Position numbers and translations under genes: made by a program
Part shown: positions 30,168 through 39,246 of the stretch, one piece after another
Layout: every line of letters begins with the position of its first letter
Numbering within the stretch: position 1 is the stretch's first letter
The notes under the pieces: generated by a model
Database searches by the model: none
The model's input: the letters and a program-made list of their open reading frames with translations, nothing else
Told to the model about the DNA's origin: nothing
NCBI GenBank assembly: GCA_012518535.1
Contig: JAAYRX010000176.1
Span: 1 to 61,784 of the forward strand
DNA length: 61,784 nt
Source of the DNA: Clostridiales bacterium
GTDB taxonomy: Bacteria; Bacillota; Clostridia; Caldicoprobacterales; UBA3941
Direction: 5' to 3'

Positions 30168-31768
30168 TGGAACAGGGGGGAAACATTTTGAAAAGGACAG
30201 CGTATAATTTTATAGTGACCCTACTGGTTTTATTAGTAGCAGGATGCGGAGGAATAAACAAACCTCCAGAGGGGCTAATAAAAAAAGATGTAATAGATGA
30301 TTTGGGGAAAACGGAAATATTTGACAGCGATTCAGCTGAGGACAACAAAGTTGGGGATGATCATGCAATATCCATAATACAGCAAAATGCGTCACTGTAT
30401 TTCTGGGACAAAGAGAACAACAAACTGGTAAGCGAATCGAGGAAAATATTGGCGACTGATATGGATTCCTTCATAGTTGAGGTGGTGGAGGGACTGATCA
30501 AAGGACCGATTTCGAAGGAACTGCAGCCAGTTATCCCCAGCAAGACCAAGGTTTTGGAGATTCAACAAATTGATAATATAGTAAATATCAATCTGTCCGA
30601 GGACTTCTTGGAATCTGAGGATCTCTTGGTTGCCCGCACTGCCCTGGTTAATACCCTTACGGAGCAGGAAAAGATTAAATATGTAAAAATTAACATCAAC
30701 GGCAGGGAGTTAACCCGGGATGGTACAGATGAAACCCAATCTCTGGGTGTATTGGTCAGAGCAACGAACAACTTAAACGAGTTGATTGCAACCCAGGGAA
30801 ATGATTCAGCACAGGATAATATTAAGGAGATAAACTGGGAACTCTTTTTCCGAGATTTTCGAGGTCAGTATCTATTATCGGAAATAAGACCCATAAGAGT
30901 TAAGAATGGGGGCATTGCCAGAGCCATAATAGAAGAGCTTATTAAGGGCCCCATAAGTGTATCAGAAGGACTCTATCCGGTGCTGCCTCAGGGTACTCAG
31001 TTGTTGGATGTAAAGCTAATGGATGATGATAATGGAGAACCAGGTATAGTAGCCCTATATTTCTCCAAAGAGCTAAAAGCCCCTTTTACAGAAGAGGGGA
31101 CCTCCAGAAGCAAGGGTAAAAAGGAAGATCCTCAGGAGATCCAGACCAAGGCTGAACTTAATAGAAACAGAGAGTCGATTATTTTAAGCTCTATTGTGTA
31201 TAATTTACAGGACCTTAACAATATTGATGGGGTAAAGATATTCTACGAAAATAGGTACGGCGATTATGTGGATACCCCCCTATATGAAGTTGACTTGACG
31301 AAGCCCTTAACCACAAAGGATTTTTCCAATAAGTTGGGAAGAAAAATAAAGATTTATTTTGCCAACGCTGATTCTACTTTTTTAATTCCCGAATATAGGG
31401 CCATGAGCAGGCAAAATGTACAGATAGCAAAAACCATCATAGATGAACTGATACTGGGCCCCAGGGAGGATACAGATCATGTCGCTGTTATTCCCCCGGA
31501 AATATCCAAAGGCGATATTAAGGTATGGATGGATTCAAATAACAGGACGATTATGGTTGATCTTCCTGATAGTTTAGACGGTAATAAAATGGGAAGTACG
31601 GGTGCTCTGATGACCCTATATGCTATGGTGAATTCCCTTACGGATCCAGTTAATACATCCAACATTAAGGAAGTACAGTTCCTGGTAGGGGGAAAAATTG
31701 TAAAATCCTTTGGAAATCTAGAGTTTAGTGAGCCTTTTATAAGAAACCCGGCTATTATTCAAGAATAA
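30167..31768 (+). CDS. lipoprotein with three GerMN-like repeats
   Basis: It has the lipobox LLVAGC. The pattern (LIKGPIS ... T.V/LL.V. ... INLSEDF/YFSKEL) recurs around residues 75-170, 225-300 and 390-520. The alternative start TTG 30188 gives MKR-type signal peptide. Confidence 0.65.
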   Translation: MEQGGNILKRTAYNFIVTLLVLLVAGCGGINKPPEGLIKKDVIDDLGKTEIFDSDSAEDNKVGDDHAISIIQQNASLYFWDKENNKLVSESRKILATDMDSFIVEVVEGLIKGPISKELQPVIPSKTKVLEIQQIDNIVNINLSEDFLESEDLLVARTALVNTLTEQEKIKYVKININGRELTRDGTDETQSLGVLVRATNNLNELIATQGNDSAQDNIKEINWELFFRDFRGQYLLSEIRPIRVKNGGIARAIIEELIKGPISVSEGLYPVLPQGTQLLDVKLMDDDNGEPGIVALYFSKELKAPFTEEGTSRSKGKKEDPQEIQTKAELNRNRESIILSSIVYNLQDLNNIDGVKIFYENRYGDYVDTPLYEVDLTKPLTTKDFSNKLGRKIKIYFANADSTFLIPEYRAMSRQNVQIAKTIIDELILGPREDTDHVAVIPPEISKGDIKVWMDSNNRTIMVDLPDSLDGNKMGSTGALMTLYAMVNSLTDPVNTSNIKEVQFLVGGKIVKSFGNLEFSEPFIRNPAIIQE

Positions 31769-31792
31769 ACTGACTGAACTGGTAAAAGGGAT

Positions 31793-31821
31793 TTGACAAA
31801 CCGGGCTGTGTTGATTAAGAT
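31793..31821 (+). promoter_or_regulatory. sigma-A promoter of the TPP riboswitch-thiT unit
   Basis: TTGACA - 17 nt - TAAGAT. Confidence 0.5.
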
Positions 31822-31846
31822 AAAGATATAATTTAATAAAATGTAA

Positions 31847-31980
31847 ACGCTAGGGGAGCTTAATGGCTGAGATGGTGATGTTCACCGACCCTTTGAACCT
31901 GTAAGGATAATTCCAACGAAGGGAAGCGTGTAATGAAAACAACATTGCGCGCAAGCATGAAAAGCTTGCGTTTCTTATTT
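31847..31980 (+). promoter_or_regulatory. TPP (THI-box) riboswitch with intrinsic terminator
   Basis: The aptamer is acgcTAGGGGAGC..GCTGAGA..ACCCTTTGAACCTG..GATAAT..ACGAAGGGAAgcgt. It is followed by the terminator cgcaagc-atgaaaa-gcttgcg + tttcttattt (31950..31980). Confidence 0.9.
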
Positions 31981-32028
31981 ATTAGCCCCCAAATGCGTAC
32001 CCAAAATTATGTGGAAGGGGGTGAATCC

Positions 32029-32676
32029 ATGCCTGTATTTGAATATCTTAAGACTATGTTTTCTAAATTGACCGAGTTAAAGCCCATAACAGTAGCTATA
32101 CTTGTTGTTCTTGTTACAGGCTTTATAGTCTATTTAGCATTGTCGAAGAAAAAGGCTGAACATTATAATACTAAAGTGGTGGTATATGCAGGATTATCTA
32201 TAGCGATTTCCTTTGTCCTGTCATATATAAGGTTATACAGATGGCCACAAGGAGGGTCGATAACTCCGGCCAGTATGCTACCTTTATTCGTCTTTGCCTA
32301 CTTTTTTGGCGTTAAAGCCGGATTAGCCGCCGGTACGGCATATGGCTTTTTGCAGCTGATCCAGGGACCCTATATAGTCCATTGGGCCCAGGTTTTATTG
32401 GATTATGTGATAGCCTACACTGTTCTGGGCTTTGCCGGCTATTTTAAGGACAGCCTTCATAAGGGTATTGTCCTGGGAGGATTTATGCGGTTTTTCTGTT
32501 CATTTTTGTCAGGTGTCATATTTTTTGGTGAATACGCGCCCGAAGGCATGAACCCAATCCTATATTCACTACTTGTAAACCTTCTTATTATTGGTACAGA
32601 GACCATTATATGCTTGGCGGTATCCTTAATACCACAAGTAAAGGCTATGTTAAATACCCTTAAAAGCAGGATATAG
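32029..32676 (+). CDS. thiT: thiamine transporter ThiT (ECF S-component)
   Basis: It is a 6-TM protein under TPP riboswitch control. Its motifs (YIRLYRWPQGGSIT, VLLDYVIAY) are ThiT-like. The start ATG follows GAAGGGGGTGAA, and the 32 upstream codons of the listed ORF overlap the riboswitch terminator. Confidence 0.8.
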   Translation: MPVFEYLKTMFSKLTELKPITVAILVVLVTGFIVYLALSKKKAEHYNTKVVVYAGLSIAISFVLSYIRLYRWPQGGSITPASMLPLFVFAYFFGVKAGLAAGTAYGFLQLIQGPYIVHWAQVLLDYVIAYTVLGFAGYFKDSLHKGIVLGGFMRFFCSFLSGVIFFGEYAPEGMNPILYSLLVNLLIIGTETIICLAVSLIPQVKAMLNTLKSRI

Positions 32677-32698
32677 ACAAATGGGATATAGGGAATAA

Positions 32699-32730
32699 GA
32701 ACAGGGTCTTCAATGACCCTGTTCTTATTT
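32699..32730 (+). terminator. Rho-independent terminator after thiT
   Basis: 10-bp stem gaacagggtc / gaccctgttc with a 6-nt loop, followed by ttattt. Confidence 0.75.
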
Positions 32731-32773
32731 GAAATTTTGCTTAATCAGGCTTTTAGTGAGAGAGATATTGCAT

Positions 32774-32802
32774 TTGCTTTTGAAACAGCCTACTGTTATA
32801 AT
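32774..32802 (+). promoter_or_regulatory. sigma-A promoter of typA
   Basis: TTGCTT - 17 nt - TATAAT with an extended -10 TG. The -10 region is duplicated 14 nt downstream. Confidence 0.5.
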
Positions 32803-32942
32803 CGTACTGTTATAACTAGGGAAGTATTAAATCAACCTCTAGTGCTAGCCATAATATTAGGTAATAAAACAAGCCTATATAAAGAGAGGAGAACGGGTAT
32901 TTACCCTCATGATTTGGATTATGAGGCTTAAGACCCAAATAT

Positions 32943-34760
32943 ATGAAAACAAGAGAAGACATTCGAAATATAGCCATTATCGCCCATGTCGATCATGGGA
33001 AAACGTCCTTGGTGGATCAGCTATTAAAGCAAAGCGGGGTTTTTCGCGCAAACCAGCAGGTTGAGGACAGGGTTATGGACTCCAACGATATAGAGAGAGA
33101 GCGTGGGATTACCATATTATCCAAGAATACTGCGGTTTCCTATAAAGGGATAAAGATAAATATCGTAGATACTCCGGGGCATGCCGATTTCGGAGGTGAA
33201 GTTGAAAGGGTACTAAAGATGGTAGACGGAGTCCTCCTATTGGTGGATGCCTTTGAAGGGCCCATGCCCCAAACCAGATTTGTACTATCCAAGGCATTGG
33301 AACTAAACCATCCTGTTATAGTGGTCATCAATAAGATAGACAGGCCTGATGCAAGGCCAATGGAAGTTGTTGATGAGGTACTGGATCTGCTTATAGACTT
33401 AGGTGCAGATGAAGAACAATTGGACTGCCCTTTTGTCTATACATCGGCAAAGGAGGGAACATCGTCTCGAGCCATTAATGAGAATGGACAGGGAATGTCT
33501 GTTCTCTTTGAGACCATATTGGAGCATATACCAGGGCCAAGGGGGGATGGACTCGCTCCCCTTCAGATGTTGGTGTCCACCTTAGACTATAACGATTATG
33601 TTGGAAGGATAGCTATAGGCAAAATTGAAAGAGGGCGTATAGATGCAGGTCAGGAGGCCTTGTTATGCAGCAATGGTGGCGGACATAAAAGGGTTAAGAT
33701 AACAAATCTGTATCTATTCGACGGACTAAAGCGAGAACCCGTAGACCATGCCGATATAGGAGATATTGTAGCGGTATCGGGAGTAGAAGGTATAAATATC
33801 GGGGATACCATATGCGATACGGAACAACCTGAGCCCTTGCCATTTGTTGAGATATCCAAGCCTACCATAGCTATGACTTTTTCGGTAAATACCAGCCCCT
33901 TTGCGGGGCGGGAGGGGACATATGTGACCTCTAGAAATCTAAGGGAGCGTTTGTTTAAGGAGACATACACCGATGTAAGTCTGAAGGTAGAGGAGACCGA
34001 TTCCCCCGATGCTTTTGTGGTTTCCGGGAGGGGAGAACTCCATCTTTCCATTTTGATTGAGAACATGAGACGGCAAGGCTATGAATTCCAGGTTTCGAAA
34101 CCCAAGGTTATCTATGAAACCATAGACGGCAGGCTACATGAGCCTATTGAAAGGGTTTTGGTGGATGTGCCGGATTCATATATGGGAACAGTTATTGAAA
34201 AGCTTGGAAGACGGAAAGGTGAGATCATAAGGATCGGAGAGAGCAGGGGTGGCCGGGTAAAGCTTGAATTCTCTGTACCGGCTCGTGGACTTTTTGGATA
34301 TCGTTCCGAATTTCTTACAGATACCAGGGGTGAGGGGATCTTGAACTCTACCTTCGATGGATATCATCCCTATAAAGGGGATATTCCATCCCGTCAGCAG
34401 GGTTCATTGGTAGCCTTTGACCAGGGTGATGCGACAACCTATGGGCTATACAACGCTCAGGAAAGAGGAACTCTTTTCATAGGATCCGGGACTATGGTAT
34501 ATGAAGGTATGGTAATAGGGGAGAATCACCGCCAGGGGGATATAGAGATAAATGTATGTAAAAGGAAGCATATATCAAATGTGAGAGCTGCCGGCTCCGA
34601 TGAGGCCCTGCGCCTTACTCCTATACGGGAGCTAACTTTGGAGGAAGCTCTGGAATTTATTGATGATGATGAATTGGTTGAGATAACGCCAAAGGATATT
34701 CGAATACGAAAAGAGATCTTAAGCACCACCCAAAGAAAGCGAAAACACAAAAAAAACTAG
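32943..34760 (+). CDS. typA: translational GTPase TypA/BipA
   Basis: It has IRNIAIIAHVDHGKTSLVD, DTPGHADF and NKID. Length is 605 aa. Confidence 0.97.
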   Translation: MKTREDIRNIAIIAHVDHGKTSLVDQLLKQSGVFRANQQVEDRVMDSNDIERERGITILSKNTAVSYKGIKINIVDTPGHADFGGEVERVLKMVDGVLLLVDAFEGPMPQTRFVLSKALELNHPVIVVINKIDRPDARPMEVVDEVLDLLIDLGADEEQLDCPFVYTSAKEGTSSRAINENGQGMSVLFETILEHIPGPRGDGLAPLQMLVSTLDYNDYVGRIAIGKIERGRIDAGQEALLCSNGGGHKRVKITNLYLFDGLKREPVDHADIGDIVAVSGVEGINIGDTICDTEQPEPLPFVEISKPTIAMTFSVNTSPFAGREGTYVTSRNLRERLFKETYTDVSLKVEETDSPDAFVVSGRGELHLSILIENMRRQGYEFQVSKPKVIYETIDGRLHEPIERVLVDVPDSYMGTVIEKLGRRKGEIIRIGESRGGRVKLEFSVPARGLFGYRSEFLTDTRGEGILNSTFDGYHPYKGDIPSRQQGSLVAFDQGDATTYGLYNAQERGTLFIGSGTMVYEGMVIGENHRQGDIEINVCKRKHISNVRAAGSDEALRLTPIRELTLEEALEFIDDDELVEITPKDIRIRKEILSTTQRKRKHKKN

Positions 34761-34853
34761 GGCTATAAGGGGATTTCCCCAAAGCTCTGGTTTCTTTTTT
34801 TGTGGGGATAAATACATATGACTATGGTAAACAAATTTTTATTGTGATATAAT

Positions 34854-34904
34854 AAATGCAATCAGTGTGATAAAACTCATAGGGTTTTATCTGATGCATT
34901 TTTT
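34854..34904 (+). terminator. long imperfect hairpin + T run, probable typA terminator
   Basis: Paired segments are aaatgc/gcattt, atcag/ctgat and gataaaac/gttttatc, followed by tttt. Confidence 0.55.
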
Positions 34905-34996
34905 GAATCGGTGTGAAGTAGCCAATTTAGGTTTGTCCTCGGATATAACAATACCAAGTTTAACACAGTGAAATATTATGGTGGGAGGCGGTCAAC

Positions 34997-35407
34997 ATGA
35001 TACAAGCAGTGGTCGGTGGCAAGGGTACCGGAAAAACCAAAACCTTGGTAAACATGGCCAACAAAGCTTTAGATGAGACCAAGGGTGAAATTGTCTTTAT
35101 CAGCGGGGAAAGACGCAGGATGATTGAATTGAACCACAGAATTCGGTTGATACAGCTCAGAGACTTTGATATTAAAGATATGGATGTGTTTTATGGCTTT
35201 TTAAGCGGGATTATAGCACAAAACTATGATATTGAAAGAATCTTCATAGACGGACTTTTGGAATATCTAGATGAGGATTTGGCTGATATCGGTGATTGGA
35301 TCGCTGATATAGGCAAAATTGCAGAGGAATTTAATATTAGCTTTACAATTTCCATGAACGGTGATCCTGATAGCGTTCCTACCTTTTTAAAGGAATATAT
35401 TGCATAA
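34997..35407 (+). CDS. orphan 136-aa mini P-loop NTPase-like protein
   Basis: It has Walker A GGKGTGKT at residues 7-14 and a Walker-B-like RIFIDG at about residue 80. RBS GGTGGGAGG is present, and it has its own terminator. Confidence 0.5.
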   Translation: MIQAVVGGKGTGKTKTLVNMANKALDETKGEIVFISGERRRMIELNHRIRLIQLRDFDIKDMDVFYGFLSGIIAQNYDIERIFIDGLLEYLDEDLADIGDWIADIGKIAEEFNISFTISMNGDPDSVPTFLKEYIA

Positions 35408-35421
35408 CTAAGAGGTATTCC

Positions 35422-35459
35422 AAAAGCCGAGGGGACACCATAACCCTTGGCTTTTCTTT
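35422..35459 (+). terminator. Rho-independent terminator
   Basis: 12-bp stem aaaagccgaggg / cccttggctttt, followed by ctttg. Confidence 0.7.
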
Positions 35460-35572
35460 GGAAATTTCCAATTGTTTTGCTTAACGATCGAATACTTTCC
35501 TGAACTATTATAGGGGAGTTTTTTTATTGGCATTTGTAGAATAATGTCATCCGGTGTGTTTCGTTGGCTGTA

Positions 35573-35601
35573 TTGACGCTGTCAAGGGTGTAGGATATAA
35601 T
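35573..35601 (+). promoter_or_regulatory. near-consensus sigma-A promoter of thrC-nadE-DUF503
   Basis: TTGACG - 17 nt - TATAAT. Confidence 0.65.
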
Positions 35602-35720
35602 TAACAGAAGATGCTCGGAACTGCTCGTATCTTGTCCTGATTGATAGGCAAGGCCTCTTCCCGGCAATGATTACAGCTGCTTCCCATATGATAGCGGTAT
35701 ATAGGATGGTGGAGTATAAG

Positions 35721-37226
35721 ATGTATTATTTGAGTACCAGAAATAATGAATTAAGAATGCATTCCATGGATGCCATTAAACAGGGCATATCCCAGGAGGG
35801 GGGATTGTTTGTACCGGAAACCATCCCCAAATTATCAAACCGTGATTTCTTAGAACTGGCCGATAAGGACTATAGGTCACGGGCTTTTAAGGTCCTTTCT
35901 TCATATCTAAGGGACTATAGTACGGAAGATTTGAATAGAATCATTTATGCCGCCTATGGGAAGGATAACTTTGACTGTCCGGAAATAGCCCCTGTAAAAA
36001 AGCTTGACGACAGCTTATTTATTCAGGAGCTTTGGCATGGGCCCACCTATGCCTTTAAGGATATGGCCCTTCAGATCCTGCCCTACCTTATGACCTATGC
36101 AGTAGCCAAAACTGGCGAGGATAAGGAAATAGTCATTTTGGTGGCTACCTCGGGTGATACCGGTAAAGCAGCCCTTGAGGGGTTTAGGGATGTTAATGGC
36201 ACCCAAATCATAGTATTTTACCCCAATGAAGGGGTAAGTCCCATCCAAAAATTACAGATGGTAACCCAAGAAGGAAAGAATGTACATGTGGCAGCGGTTA
36301 AGGGTAATTTCGATGATACTCAGACCGGGGTCAAGTCCATATTTACTGACGGTCGTTTTAGCAAGCTGTTAGAAGACCGGGGAAAGAGGTTTTCTTCTGC
36401 TAATTCCATCAATTGGGGGAGATTAGTACCACAAATAGTATACTATGTATCGGCTTACACGGATTTACTCAAGAGCAATGATTTGGATCCCGGGGAGAAG
36501 TTCAATATTGTGGTTCCCACCGGCAATTTTGGCAATATACTGGCAGCTTATTACGCTAAGAATATGGGAGTACCCATAGACAAGCTGATTTGCGCCTCCA
36601 ATAGAAATAATATTCTCACGGACTTCATTAAGACAGGGGTATATGATACAAGGCGAGATTTTTATAAGACCATCTCTCCCTCTATGGATATATTAATATC
36701 CAGTAATTTGGAGAGACTATTATTTGAACTCTGTGACAGACAAGACCATCAATTACGAATTTGGATGGGCGAACTAAATGAGACCGGCAGATACAAACTG
36801 GATGGGGAGAGCCTTAAAATGCTTCAATCCATATTATGGGGTGGGAGCGCTGATGAGGAGCAGACCCTGAAGGCCATTAGGGATACCTATAGGCAATATA
36901 ATTATATAATAGATCCCCATACGGCCGTTGGTAAATGGGTATACGATGAATACAGGGAAGAAACCAGGGATACCAAAAAAGCTATTTTAGTATCCACCGC
37001 GAGTCCCTTTAAATTCCCGGGCGATGTATTAAAGGCTATCAAAGGTATGGAGTACATCCAAGGTAAGGATGATTTTCAAGTGCTGGAGGCCTTGGCGTCA
37101 GTATCAGGAACGAAGATACCACCGGGGCTTAGTGAACTAGAGAACAAACCTGTCTTGCATCAGACTACACTTGCTGCTGGCAATATGCGGCAGGCAATCA
37201 TTAACTTTTTGGAATTGGATGGATAA
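35721..37226 (+). CDS. thrC: threonine synthase (long, E. coli/yeast-type)
   Basis: It has MYYLSTRN...GGLFVPE, the PLP-lysine motif HGPTYAFKD, and TSGDTGKAA. The start ATG follows GGTGGAG; the listed ORF begins 18 codons earlier. Confidence 0.93.
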   Translation: MYYLSTRNNELRMHSMDAIKQGISQEGGLFVPETIPKLSNRDFLELADKDYRSRAFKVLSSYLRDYSTEDLNRIIYAAYGKDNFDCPEIAPVKKLDDSLFIQELWHGPTYAFKDMALQILPYLMTYAVAKTGEDKEIVILVATSGDTGKAALEGFRDVNGTQIIVFYPNEGVSPIQKLQMVTQEGKNVHVAAVKGNFDDTQTGVKSIFTDGRFSKLLEDRGKRFSSANSINWGRLVPQIVYYVSAYTDLLKSNDLDPGEKFNIVVPTGNFGNILAAYYAKNMGVPIDKLICASNRNNILTDFIKTGVYDTRRDFYKTISPSMDILISSNLERLLFELCDRQDHQLRIWMGELNETGRYKLDGESLKMLQSILWGGSADEEQTLKAIRDTYRQYNYIIDPHTAVGKWVYDEYREETRDTKKAILVSTASPFKFPGDVLKAIKGMEYIQGKDDFQVLEALASVSGTKIPPGLSELENKPVLHQTTLAAGNMRQAIINFLELDG

Positions 37227-37229
37227 ATT

Positions 37230-38870
37230 ATGAGAATAGCTGTAGCACAATACAATCCAACGATTGGTGACCTGGAGGGTAACACATCAAAAACTATCGA
37301 TTTTATTGTTAAGGCCAAAGAACAAAAATGTGACCTGGTTGTTTTTCCGGAACTCAGCATAACAGGATACCCGCCTCGTGATCTCCTGCTAAGAAGTGCC
37401 TTTTTGAAGGCCTGTGACAGGGCCTTGCATCAAATCTTACCCTATACCAAGGGGATAGGCGTTATTATAGGTACTGTAATGGCCGGTTCCTATGACCATT
37501 TATTATATAACAGTGCCATTTTAGTGGAGGATGGTATTATAACCGGAAGGGTAGATAAAAGCCTGTTACCCAATTACGATGTGTTTGATGAGGCCAGATA
37601 TTTCCATCCTTCCAAGCAGATAAAATGTCTCCGGTTCAGAGGGAAAAAATTGGGCGTATCAATATGTGAGGACATATGGAATGATGAGGACTTATTTGGT
37701 CACCAAAAATATGCAAGAAATATTCTGGATGAACTAAGTGAAGATAGTCCTGACATATTTATTAATCTATCTGCTTCTCCGTACCATTATGGGAAACACC
37801 AGATTCGTATGGAAATGATAGCCCACTATACCAGGAAATATGGTATCCCCTTTATATATACCAACCAAATTGGGGGAAATGACGAATTGGTATTTGACGG
37901 TTCCAGTATGGTTTACGATGGTAGCGGACAATTGGTTCTCCATGCCAAGCCCTTCGAAGAGGACATTATAATATATGATACTGAGAAGCCATATCCAGGA
38001 TTGGCAGGCCAAAAAGAGGATATTTCTTGGATGTACAGGGGTTTAGTCCTTGGAGTTAAGGATTATTTCCATAAGACGGGCTTTAAGAAAACCATTTTGG
38101 GATTAAGTGGCGGTATTGATTCTGCATTGTTGGCATGTATAGCCAAAGATGCCTTGGGACCTGATAATGTGCTGGGGGTGTTTATGCCCTCCAGGTATAC
38201 ATCTGAAGAGAGCAGGATAGATGCCGATAAGCTTGCGTCAAACCTTGGGATAAAGTACATGACTATTCCAATCGAGGATGTCTTTCACGATTATCTGAAT
38301 ATATTTAATCGGGATGGGCAAATGCACGGAGATCTGGCGGAGGAAAATATCCAGGCCAGAATACGGGGTAACATACTCATGTTCATCGCCAACAGGGAAG
38401 GGCGGGTTTTAGTTTGTCCCAGCAACAAATCCGAAATAGCTGTCGGCTATTCAACCCTATATGGGGACTCCTGTGGTGGTATAGCAGTATTAGGTGATGT
38501 TCTTAAGACCGATGTTTATAAGCTATGCAGATATATAAATCGTAAAGGAGAAATAATTCCAAGCAACATAATCTTAAAGGCTCCAACAGCAGAGTTGAGA
38601 GACAACCAAAAGGATGAAGATTCCCTGCCCCCATATTCCGTATTAGATGAAGTCCTAAGAATGTATATCGAACAAAATGTTCCCTTGGAGGAAATCATCC
38701 ATAAAGGATTTGATCGGGAAACCGTATATAGAATAATCAACATGATCGACAGAGCCGAATACAAGCGCAGGCAGATACCTCCGATAATCAGGCTCAGCCA
38801 TGGTGACTTTGGCCTTGGAAGAAGGCATCCCGTAGTCCATGGTTTCAGGCCTGAAAGATACGAATCATGA
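37230..38870 (+). CDS. nadE: glutamine-dependent NAD+ synthetase (CN-hydrolase + synthetase domains)
   Basis: It has MRIAVAQYNPTIGDLEGN, FPELSITGYP, CEDIW, and the PP-loop SGGIDS. Confidence 0.95.
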   Translation: MRIAVAQYNPTIGDLEGNTSKTIDFIVKAKEQKCDLVVFPELSITGYPPRDLLLRSAFLKACDRALHQILPYTKGIGVIIGTVMAGSYDHLLYNSAILVEDGIITGRVDKSLLPNYDVFDEARYFHPSKQIKCLRFRGKKLGVSICEDIWNDEDLFGHQKYARNILDELSEDSPDIFINLSASPYHYGKHQIRMEMIAHYTRKYGIPFIYTNQIGGNDELVFDGSSMVYDGSGQLVLHAKPFEEDIIIYDTEKPYPGLAGQKEDISWMYRGLVLGVKDYFHKTGFKKTILGLSGGIDSALLACIAKDALGPDNVLGVFMPSRYTSEESRIDADKLASNLGIKYMTIPIEDVFHDYLNIFNRDGQMHGDLAEENIQARIRGNILMFIANREGRVLVCPSNKSEIAVGYSTLYGDSCGGIAVLGDVLKTDVYKLCRYINRKGEIIPSNIILKAPTAELRDNQKDEDSLPPYSVLDEVLRMYIEQNVPLEEIIHKGFDRETVYRIINMIDRAEYKRRQIPPIIRLSHGDFGLGRRHPVVHGFRPERYES

Positions 38871-39154
38871 GAATGTTTGTAGCTATTGCCGAAATAGATA
38901 TCAGACTGTATAATTCCCAATCATTAAAGGAGAAAAGGCAGATATTAAAAAGTCTTGTTTCAAAGATTAGGAATCAGTTTAATGTATCCATAGCGGAGAT
39001 TGACGGTTTGGATACCTGGCAACGAGCAAGTTTGGGATTTGCCTGTGTAGCCAACAATTCTGTTCAAGCTGAAAAACAGATGAACAGGGTGCTGGAATAT
39101 ATAGAGCAGGATATACGACTTGAGGTGGTAAATATCCGTAAGGATATATTGTAA
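38867..39154 (+). CDS. DUF503 (YlxP-like) protein
   Basis: It carries SLKEKRQILKSLVSKIRNQFNVSIAEID...WQRA. An ATGA overlap links it to the nadE stop. Confidence 0.7.
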   Translation: MRMFVAIAEIDIRLYNSQSLKEKRQILKSLVSKIRNQFNVSIAEIDGLDTWQRASLGFACVANNSVQAEKQMNRVLEYIEQDIRLEVVNIRKDIL

Positions 39155-39246
39155 TATATGGGATAATCAGCCTTAGTTTTAGCCAGAAGCGAAAATTATA
39201 GTAGTGTAATAAACCTGATAGTTTATTTGGTTATTGGCACTGGCTG

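Noticed and set aside
31933-32028. N-terminal 32 codons of the listed thiT ORF (start at 31933)
   Set aside because: This stretch contains the TPP-riboswitch terminator (31950..31980) and has no RBS. A strong RBS plus ATG at 32029 gives a normal ThiT N-terminus.
32713-32931. 72-aa + strand ORF between thiT and typA
   Set aside because: It begins inside the thiT terminator hairpin and has no RBS. It spans the predicted typA promoter and leader, and its sequence shows no protein-like features. It is most likely non-coding.
34845-34853. Extended -10-like box TGaTATAAT downstream of typA, as a promoter for the mini P-loop gene
   Set aside because: It abuts the 5' arm of the long hairpin/T-run at 34854..34904 and has no -35. 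The hairpin is better explained as the typA terminator, so the box is probably fortuitous. The true promoter of the P-loop gene remains unidentified.
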